From sequence record SRR31156797_886: DNA of 64,000 nt, one strand, 5' to 3'. This document shows, in pieces, positions 56,563 through 64,000 of the stretch. The translations under genes and the position numbers were made by a program. How positions within the stretch are numbered: the stretch's first letter is position 1; the number at the start of each line of letters is the position of its first letter. The notes under the pieces were generated by a model. The model worked only from the letters and a program-made list of their open reading frames with translations. It ran no database searches and was not told the DNA's origin.

Positions 56563-57042
56563 TCAATGTTGCTGAATCAACACAACAGCATAGGCCGAAA
56601 TGCCTTCTTCACGGCCCTCGAACCCAAGTTTCTCAGTGGTTGTTGCCTTAATCGAGATGCGGTCCGTATCAGTCCCCATTACACTTGCAAGGGTAGTTTT
56701 CATCTCAGGTATGTAATCAGCAATTTTGGGTTTTTGTAATGAAATTGTCGAATCGATATTCCCAATCGAATATCCCTTCTCATGTAGCATTTCAACAACC
56801 TTCTTAAGCAGGATCTTGCTATCGATGTCCCGATATGCCGGATCTTGATCAGAAAAATGATAGCCGATGTCCTGCATATTTGCAGCACCCAGCAATGCAT
56901 CGCAAATGGCGTGAATTAAAACATCAGCATCCGAATGGCCTACTGCTCCTTTGGTATGTTCAACCTTAACACCTCCCAAAATAAAATCCAGCCCATATTC
57001 CAGGGCATGCACATCATAACCAAAGCCAATCCTGATATCCAT
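56563..57042 (-). CDS. ispF: 2-C-methyl-D-erythritol 2,4-cyclodiphosphate synthase
   Basis: Motifs RIGFGYDVH, GHSDADVLIHAICDALLGA and KATTTEKLGF. Confidence 0.97.
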   Translation of the reverse strand: MDIRIGFGYDVHALEYGLDFILGGVKVEHTKGAVGHSDADVLIHAICDALLGAANMQDIGYHFSDQDPAYRDIDSKILLKKVVEMLHEKGYSIGNIDSTISLQKPKIADYIPEMKTTLASVMGTDTDRISIKATTTEKLGFEGREEGISAYAVVLIQQH

Positions 57043-57074
57043 GATCCATTGTTTTTGTACAAATGTATAAAAAC

Positions 57075-57106
57075 AAAAAAACCGGAAAGAAAAATCAATC
57101 CGGTTT
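57075..57106 (-). terminator. Probable intrinsic terminator after porV
   Basis: Stem AAACCGGA / TCCGGTTT with a T-tract on the minus strand. Confidence 0.6.
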
Positions 57107-57131
57107 CATTGTAAACATTTTATTCGACCGA

Positions 57132-58307
57132 TTATTCGAATTCTGCAAAGTCGAAAGTAAGTGTAAAACGAAGTGTATTTTCAAGTGGATTTTGTTGTTC
57201 AAGTGGAATCAGGTATGAAAAATCCAACCCGAAAACATTATACTTTAAACCAGCACCAAGGGTAAAATACTTCCGGTTTCCTTTGAGTTTATTTTCGTAA
57301 AAGAAACCGCCTCTAACTGCGAAAACCTTGTTATACCAGTATTCAACACCCGTTGCGAAGAAAAACTCGCGCATTTCTTCTTCGAACCCACCCGGAGCAT
57401 CATACCATGATTGGATCATACCTTCAACAACAGATACGTTGGGGTCTTTACCTGCAATGATATTCTCGGGTTGTGTGTTACCAGTTGAATCATAAACAGG
57501 AGGTGTGGGAACCAGCAATTTATTGATATCAATCATAAAACTCAGCCTGTTGTAATCATCCAGATCGAGAGTCAATCTAGGCCCAAAACGCAGGTTGGTC
57601 GGAATAAAATCCTTCTCGGTGGTTGCATCGGAATAGGAAATTTTAGTACCGATATTTGAAATGTTGATACCAAAAGCAAATTCGGCATATTCAAAATCTC
57701 TCCAGTTGAGCTCACTTTGGTGATAAACAGCAATATCCGCTGCTACCGACTGTCCGGGCTTGGTGGCCTGTCCTGCAACACTCACACCCTGTGTTAAGTT
57801 CGAATTAATATACCGGGCGGCAACTGCACCAGACCAGGAATCCGAGAATTTCCTTGAATATGTTCCGTCTATCGAAAATTCGTTGGGACGATAGTTACCG
57901 ATGGTTGATCCCTGAATATCCGTAAAGGTAATGTCGCCAAGGGTAAAATAGAGCAAAGATGCTGCAATTGTTGATCTGTCGTCCAGGCGGTAATAGCCGG
58001 CCACGTAGGCAAGGTTAATATCGCTTACAATAGCCCTTAGCCAGGGACTGTAAGACGCAGCGAAACCAGCTTTTGATTCGATGAAGGCATACTTGGCAGG
58101 ATTCCAGTGCATGGAGCTTGCATCAGGTGTGCTTGAAACACCGGCATCTCCCATGGCTCCTGATCTTGCGTCAGGCGCAATGAGTAAAAACGGAACAGCA
58201 GTGGTAATGGTATTGGTCTGACCCAGATAATTAGGTTTGTCCTGCGAATATGCCAAATTCACAAGAAAAATACATGCAGCTATCACTGCAATGGACTTTT
58301 TAATCAT
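57132..58307 (-). CDS. porV: T9SS outer-membrane shuttle protein PorV
   Basis: Motifs ITTAVPFLLIAPDARSGAMGD, WNPAKY, SYSPWL, KGNRKYFTLG and NPLENTLRF. Lies between porU and ispF. Confidence 0.95.
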   Translation of the reverse strand: MIKKSIAVIAACIFLVNLAYSQDKPNYLGQTNTITTAVPFLLIAPDARSGAMGDAGVSSTPDASSMHWNPAKYAFIESKAGFAASYSPWLRAIVSDINLAYVAGYYRLDDRSTIAASLLYFTLGDITFTDIQGSTIGNYRPNEFSIDGTYSRKFSDSWSGAVAARYINSNLTQGVSVAGQATKPGQSVAADIAVYHQSELNWRDFEYAEFAFGINISNIGTKISYSDATTEKDFIPTNLRFGPRLTLDLDDYNRLSFMIDINKLLVPTPPVYDSTGNTQPENIIAGKDPNVSVVEGMIQSWYDAPGGFEEEMREFFFATGVEYWYNKVFAVRGGFFYENKLKGNRKYFTLGAGLKYNVFGLDFSYLIPLEQQNPLENTLRFTLTFDFAEFE

Positions 58308-58396
58308 AAAGATTCTATTTACTTTGGTTAAAATTATGAGTGTAAACGGACATTCATTTTGAATATTGTTTACCCTCCCGAGCTGGTAGATTTAAA

Positions 58397-61300
58397 TCAT
58401 TCGCTAATTATCATTTTTTGTATTCGTTCGGTGGCATGCGATTTGTCATTTACAACCTTCAGGCTGTAAAAATAAACTCCAGGCTGCAACTTTGCCCCTC
58501 CTTCAGTATCTCCATCCCAATAAATGGGCTCAATTGCATATCCGTTGGTAAACACATTTTCCGGCCCAATTGTTCGCACGTGCTGGCCATAAAAGTTATA
58601 AATGTCTATTTCAACAGTTAAGTCTCCTTCAAACTGGTTATGATTAAAGGTGAACCAGGTATAATCCTTAAACGGGTTAGGATAATTATATACCTCCATC
58701 AAATCAACACCGATGCTATCAGCAACCGTAAATGTTATTGATGCGGTAGATGAATTGTTAAACATATCCCATGCCTTCAGTTCAAGGGTATGTTCTCCAT
58801 TCGGCAGGGCAGAAAACGGGAAAATAATAGATCCCGAAGTATGGTCGTCCATGGCAGGCTCAAACATATTGTTGAGGTTAAATGCATTATACTTATCACC
58901 ATTTAGGGTAAGCATAATGTCATGCCCGATCCCGACCCCGGTAAAGTTAATTCCTGAAGGATCGGACAACTCGGCAAACAAAACCGGATTGGGATTGACC
59001 TGAGACGGCAGGGCATTTTCGGTATCATTTAGATACAGTTCAATTCCAGGGCCAGACTGGTCGGCCGCAGCATCCTGGTTAACTCCTCCGATCACCAAAC
59101 CATCATAATAACCATTGGCATCGCGCAGGCTATCAGCAGCGTAGAAGCTTAATTTACCAGTCCCAAACTGGTAGGAAATGTCCATGGGTAGCACAAAGGA
59201 GAATTCAAACCGGCCATTCTTAACCGAAGCTTTTCCTTTGTATAAAACACTGTTTTGGGCTTCAAAATTAAATGGATAACTTCTTGGGTCATTACCCAGT
59301 GTGGTTACAACAGTTGGTTTATCGTAAAGCTCCGGGAAGATTGTTCCATTAAAATCACTGATCAGTTCACCTTCGTTAAGGTAATTTTCGATATGACCGG
59401 ACACTGTTAACCGTCCATTGGCATTGAGGGTATCTGCAAATTCATCTATTGGAACCCCGTTGATGGAATCGGTCACAACTTTGTAGTCCGGGATGGCCAG
59501 TTTCAAGGCTGGATTCCCGAGAAGCACAAAATTGCGGATATTGGTATTCGACGGTGTTTTGGAAAACATCATCAGGTCGCCAAGCCTGGGCACATTTTGC
59601 GGGTATGACCTGAAAAGGGTATCGTAAAGTCTTTTATTAAGCAGCAGATTTGATGAAGCAAAAGCCAACCGTGTGGTTGTATACAATGCAATGCCTCCAC
59701 CATTTGAGTTCAGTAAAACAAGCTCTCCTGCTGAAGTTAGCCCGGGGTTGTCAAAGCGACTGAATTCGCAGGTTGCGGTTACAAAAACCGGCTGCGTATT
59801 CCAGTTGTCCCACGATAGGACATCACTTATCTGAACAACTTTTTCGTGTGCCAGTCCGAGTTCGCCACCGTGTCCGGTATAGTTTACAATGAGGGTTCCC
59901 TCGTTTACCTGTTTATTGATATCCTTATTCACTTGTGGATAAGTATGGCCGCTAGCAGAAGCTTCCTGGCGATATGAGTCCAGGTAAATCTTATTGATGT
60001 TTACACAGGCATTTTTCTTTTTAATTCTTGCTACAAGAATAGTATCGGCCTGGTATAGATGGAGGTTATTATCCTCGTCATCAGCAATAAAAGTGAGGCT
60101 GTTACGCCAGTTGCCCTGTATTTCGGGAGTCATGCGCATATAATTCTCCACCTTGTCAACCATCAGCTTTGCTTCTTCAGGCGTGTTCACAGCAAATCGG
60201 CCAATCCCCATATCCACATTTCCGGAGGCATCTTTGCCCTCTTCGGGATCCATCAAACCAAAAAAATCATCTGTTACGTATGTTGAGGTGTACCATAACG
60301 ATTGATTTGACTGGAACGTGGGGATATAGTAAAGGTTATCATCCAGCCTGTTGAGCGGATCGTATGAACCATCGCCAAACAGCAGCAGGTATTTCAGTTG
60401 TCCTTGCGACCGGGTATAGATCATCCTTACAAAATCCCTGATGGCAGAAATATCCTGGGCGCCGGAGGAAAATTCATTATATATTTCAAAAAGGTCTGCA
60501 ACAATAACCTCCATGCCATCAAGTTCTTCGTGAAGTTCCTTTAGCCGCTCAGCCTGATCGGCAAAATCAGGGTGTGTGACAATGATAAAATCTGCAGACA
60601 CTAAACCATGTAAATTCTGATTTTCAACAGCACCTTCAAGTTGAGGGTGTAAATAATCGCTTCCATCAAACCCTATAAATTCATGGAGTTGCTCCATTTC
60701 GAGGGTAAACTTCGCAATAGTTTCTTCATGGGATATCAAAATCTCCCTGGCATTGTGCGGTTCTGTTACATCCCAAACCCTGAAATTATTGTTGGAACCA
60801 TCAATCCTGAATTCAACAGGTAAATCGTCGGAATGTGCATTGATATTGCGAAAACTGAACTGATTTCCGTTAAACTTTAAATGGCTCATCACATTTATCT
60901 GGAGGTAATTTAACCAGCCAATAGCGTCTACACCTTCTTTGTGGTATAGCTTCAGTTTTATGGTTAAATCCCTGATGTTATCAGCAAAAAACCATTCAGA
61001 GTCTCTTGATGGATTGGCATACTTGGTAATTGAGTTTTGAGGGATAGCGCTAACATTATCAGAAAACACTGAATCCTGGTTAACAAAAACAGAAAACATA
61101 CTAATGGATGTGGACCTGGCAGCGAAATCACCTTCGATATTTATTTCTTTGGTAACATCCCTGTTTGGAAAGGGGAAAAAGAATTCCTTTTCCTTTACCT
61201 CGTTAAACTCCTCGCCATACCACTCTGCCCCGGATTTAATCAGGCTTTTTTCGTTTTTTTCGTGAACTGCGTAATCATGATAGGTATTGAAAATTCTTTC

Positions 61301-62221
61301 GGCAGGCAGGTTTGATTGCTGCATCATATCTATCCGTTTGCCAGGCTCCTGGCCGATGGTAATAAAATAAAAATTACGATCGGTATACAGGTTTTTGGTG
61401 TGCAAAAATACTTCATCCGGTTCATCAGCAACCCACTCATCCGGTGATTCACCATAAAACAAAAAATAGTCTCCCTGATCAAAAGTCCCGTCTTCTCCAT
61501 CCACCATCATGATGGCATTCTCAAGCAGGTCGTCATCCCTGGGATCGGCATTGCGTTGCGGTAACATGCCTCCACCATTTCCGTACAACCCAATATAATC
61601 GGATTGCAACCCGGATAAATTCATTCCCAATTCATTCAGATCATCCCAGGTAATCTGGTAAATCCCTGTTTCTGATACACTGATTTTATACCATTCGCCG
61701 TCGGCCAAAACTGACTTTTCAGCAAATTCATATGAATTACTACTGCCCATAGCAATTTCACCCGGAACCAGTTTTTTGTTAAGATCGAATGAAACCAGTT
61801 TTTCGTAAGTATTCTCAGCAGCGTTATACCTGATGGGTAACAATTCGAAATAAAGGCTCCGGTTTCCGCGGATGTTTGCAATATTGGTTTCCCATTTAAT
61901 TTCACTGGAAACCCTTTCGATATCTTCAATTTCTACAGGCTGGATATTCAACGGCGCAAAAACAGGATTGGCAATTTCAAACTCATAAGCCAACCCCGGT
62001 TCGGGCATTTTAAGTTTTTGATAGTATACCGGTAATAACCCCCATGTATCTGAATTTGTGGCATCAACAAAACTCAGCGTTCTGATTTCGGATCCGTTAA
62101 AGGATGTGGTTTGAACATCATACCAGTGGAGCTGAACCATGGATGATTGTGGCAAAGCCGTCAAGGTAGTTAAAAGGAGTGCAATGAGTATTGTGCCTTT
62201 ATGCAGCGTTTTGTATATCAT
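58397..62221 (-). CDS. porU: T9SS sortase PorU (C25 peptidase family)
   Basis: Motifs SVLADGEWYKI, YNEFSSG..D..AIRDF, YLLLFGDGSYD, NYTGHGG (His), TATCEF (Cys) and GIGHDI, with a C-terminal YNYPNPF CTD. Confidence 0.9.
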   Translation of the reverse strand: MIYKTLHKGTILIALLLTTLTALPQSSMVQLHWYDVQTTSFNGSEIRTLSFVDATNSDTWGLLPVYYQKLKMPEPGLAYEFEIANPVFAPLNIQPVEIEDIERVSSEIKWETNIANIRGNRSLYFELLPIRYNAAENTYEKLVSFDLNKKLVPGEIAMGSSNSYEFAEKSVLADGEWYKISVSETGIYQITWDDLNELGMNLSGLQSDYIGLYGNGGGMLPQRNADPRDDDLLENAIMMVDGEDGTFDQGDYFLFYGESPDEWVADEPDEVFLHTKNLYTDRNFYFITIGQEPGKRIDMMQQSNLPAERIFNTYHDYAVHEKNEKSLIKSGAEWYGEEFNEVKEKEFFFPFPNRDVTKEINIEGDFAARSTSISMFSVFVNQDSVFSDNVSAIPQNSITKYANPSRDSEWFFADNIRDLTIKLKLYHKEGVDAIGWLNYLQINVMSHLKFNGNQFSFRNINAHSDDLPVEFRIDGSNNNFRVWDVTEPHNAREILISHEETIAKFTLEMEQLHEFIGFDGSDYLHPQLEGAVENQNLHGLVSADFIIVTHPDFADQAERLKELHEELDGMEVIVADLFEIYNEFSSGAQDISAIRDFVRMIYTRSQGQLKYLLLFGDGSYDPLNRLDDNLYYIPTFQSNQSLWYTSTYVTDDFFGLMDPEEGKDASGNVDMGIGRFAVNTPEEAKLMVDKVENYMRMTPEIQGNWRNSLTFIADDEDNNLHLYQADTILVARIKKKNACVNINKIYLDSYRQEASASGHTYPQVNKDINKQVNEGTLIVNYTGHGGELGLAHEKVVQISDVLSWDNWNTQPVFVTATCEFSRFDNPGLTSAGELVLLNSNGGGIALYTTTRLAFASSNLLLNKRLYDTLFRSYPQNVPRLGDLMMFSKTPSNTNIRNFVLLGNPALKLAIPDYKVVTDSINGVPIDEFADTLNANGRLTVSGHIENYLNEGELISDFNGTIFPELYDKPTVVTTLGNDPRSYPFNFEAQNSVLYKGKASVKNGRFEFSFVLPMDISYQFGTGKLSFYAADSLRDANGYYDGLVIGGVNQDAAADQSGPGIELYLNDTENALPSQVNPNPVLFAELSDPSGINFTGVGIGHDIMLTLNGDKYNAFNLNNMFEPAMDDHTSGSIIFPFSALPNGEHTLELKAWDMFNNSSTASITFTVADSIGVDLMEVYNYPNPFKDYTWFTFNHNQFEGDLTVEIDIYNFYGQHVRTIGPENVFTNGYAIEPIYWDGDTEGGAKLQPGVYFYSLKVVNDKSHATERIQKMIISE

Positions 62222-62291
62222 TTCTTTCGTAGTTTCGTGATCGGTTCAGTTTTTATCATGTGAAATTAATTGTGGGATGGTGCAAAAACTC

Positions 62292-64000
62292 TTAGCGTGC
62301 AATCACAAGTTTTTTAACCGCTGAAGTGGTTTGTCCCTGTTCGTTACGAAGCTGAACCCGGTATATGTAAATGCCTGCGTCGAGATAATTCCCGTTTGAG
62401 GCCGTTCCATCCCATCTAATCGGACTTGCATAAAATCCGCCACTCACATTGTATTGTTGCAAAGTGGTAACAAGCCTGCCACTGAGATCGAATATTTCAA
62501 TTTCCACATCCACGGTTTCGCTGGCCTGGTTGTGATTGTATTCAAAGTATGTTTCATACATGAAGGGATTTGGCCTGTTGTAAGCATTGTTGATGACGAT
62601 CTGGTCGCGGTCGACAACTACAAATTTCAGGGTGGCCTCAGAAGAATTGTTAAACACATCCCAAATCCTGAAAGTCACCTCATGTTCGCCTGGAGGGAGG
62701 TTGCTGAAGGGATACTGAACGGTACCGCTTTGGTAGCCTTTCAGATCAGACTCGTAAAAATCATTAAGCTTGTAAGGACGTTCGGTGTTGCCATTCAGGA
62801 TGGCAGTAATATCATGTCCAATGCTGTTACCAACAGTATTAATTCCATTTTCGTCATAAACGCGGGCATACAAAACCGGGTTTTCATGGGTGATGTCTCC
62901 GCTTCGGAAGGTGGTGTCGTTCATGTAAAGCAAAATTTCCGGACCTTCGGTATCCACATTTGTTTCATCGTTATAACCGCCGATTACAATATCCATGTTG
63001 TATCCGCTGGCATCAACATCACCATTTTGTGCATAGTAGCTGATTTTACCCTGGCCATAATTGTATGCAATATCTTTGGGAACAATGAACGAAAACGAAA
63101 ATTCGCCATCTGTAACACTTGTGAGCCCATTGTAAATGGTGTTTTTTCGCAACATGAAAGTCCGCGGTGAACTGGATTCATCCTGTCCAAGTGTGGTCAC
63201 TTCCGACTCTTTGTCGAAAACAATAGATTTCAAATGACCATTAAAATCCTTTTTTATATTGCCGGAACCATCGGTAACCATGCCTTCGATGGTTACTTTT
63301 GATAAAGCCCTGATGGTATCAGATTCGGCAATGGTGCCGGTTTGGTTAACGGATGTTGTCATGACCTGGTAATTCGGATAGGCAATCTTCAGGGCCGGAT
63401 CGCCGATCAGCACAAATTTTTTATCGTTGGTTGAGGATGTACTCTCCAGTTTGGCCAGCCTGATGAGGTCTCCCATAGCATAGTGTTCACCATCAATCTT
63501 TTCGAAAGCATATTTGTAAAAGCCCCTGTTCAGGCTTAAATTTGATCCGCCAAAGGTAGCTCTGGCTGTTGTAAAGAGCGAAATCCCGCCACCACCTGTA
63601 TTCAGGAAAACATATTCACCGGCCGAAATCCTTTCCGGATCATCATAGCGGGTAAACTCGCATGTTGCTGTAACAAACACGGACAATTTATCGAAGTTTG
63701 ACCATTCGTTAATGTCAGGAATTTCGAGGATTCGTTCGTGTGCCCAGCCAACTTCACCGCCATGACCTGTGTAATTCATGATGAGTGTACCTTTTTCGAT
63801 GCTTGAATTAATGGCTGCGTTCACCTCTGAATAACGCTGCCCGCCGGGTGTGGTTTCCTGCGTGTAGGCGTCAATGTAAATCTTATCAACATTATAAGCA
63901 GGGTAAGTTGTATCAATAAATGTCGCCAATTGTTCAGCCTGGTTCATGTGTGTATTGCCATCTTCATCGTCGCCAACAAAAGTCACCACATTTCTCCAGT
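62292..64000 (-). CDS. porU: Second PorU (C25) paralogue, 5' part outside the window
   Basis: The frame is open to the window edge (..WRNVVTFVGDDED). Motifs NYTGHGGE, TATCEFTRYD, SAGE and SIGHDI, with CTD YNRPNPF...KKLVIAR. Confidence 0.9.
   Translation of the reverse strand, partial: WRNVVTFVGDDEDGNTHMNQAEQLATFIDTTYPAYNVDKIYIDAYTQETTPGGQRYSEVNAAINSSIEKGTLIMNYTGHGGEVGWAHERILEIPDINEWSNFDKLSVFVTATCEFTRYDDPERISAGEYVFLNTGGGGISLFTTARATFGGSNLSLNRGFYKYAFEKIDGEHYAMGDLIRLAKLESTSSTNDKKFVLIGDPALKIAYPNYQVMTTSVNQTGTIAESDTIRALSKVTIEGMVTDGSGNIKKDFNGHLKSIVFDKESEVTTLGQDESSSPRTFMLRKNTIYNGLTSVTDGEFSFSFIVPKDIAYNYGQGKISYYAQNGDVDASGYNMDIVIGGYNDETNVDTEGPEILLYMNDTTFRSGDITHENPVLYARVYDENGINTVGNSIGHDITAILNGNTERPYKLNDFYESDLKGYQSGTVQYPFSNLPPGEHEVTFRIWDVFNNSSEATLKFVVVDRDQIVINNAYNRPNPFMYETYFEYNHNQASETVDVEIEIFDLSGRLVTTLQQYNVSGGFYASPIRWDGTASNGNYLDAGIYIYRVQLRNEQGQTTSAVKKLVIAR

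Noticed and set aside
56563-58307. porV-ispF adjacency as unusual
   Set aside because: porU-porV-ispF synteny is common in Bacteroidota.

Overview
This is a gene-dense chromosomal window from a member of the Bacteroidota, shown by the porU-porU-porV-ispF block, T9SS cargo proteins and TAnnTTTG promoter elements. I found no rRNA, tRNA, CRISPR array or intact transposase. Housekeeping and general genes include a YitT-family gene, groES, ccsBA, folC, ung, tag, ispF, tonB, an acyl-CoA dehydrogenase, a czcAB-type efflux pair and two GH13 lipoproteins. The strongest candidate for an undescribed system is a 7-gene minus-strand operon at 8663-16443: T9SS-secreted protein, stand-alone PqqD/RRE protein, ATP-grasp ligase, atypical LysA-fold PLP enzyme, urea-transporter/M23-peptidase fusion, TPR-beta-barrel protein and TPR protein. 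It has no separate precursor-peptide gene that I could find, but the PLP enzyme starts with a lasso-leader-like YxxPxI motif that could be the RRE docking site. Other points of interest are (1) an M4 protease with a dockerin-like tail next to a T9SS protein with a possible cohesin-like head, (2) an unnamed domain shared by two secreted proteins about 30 kb apart, (3) twin divergent ECF promoters, (4) an MNT antitoxin with a pseudogenised HEPN toxin, (5) tandem PorU paralogues, (6) an orphan groES, and (7) hairpin clusters flanking czcAB. All family calls come from motif recognition by eye, not from database searches.
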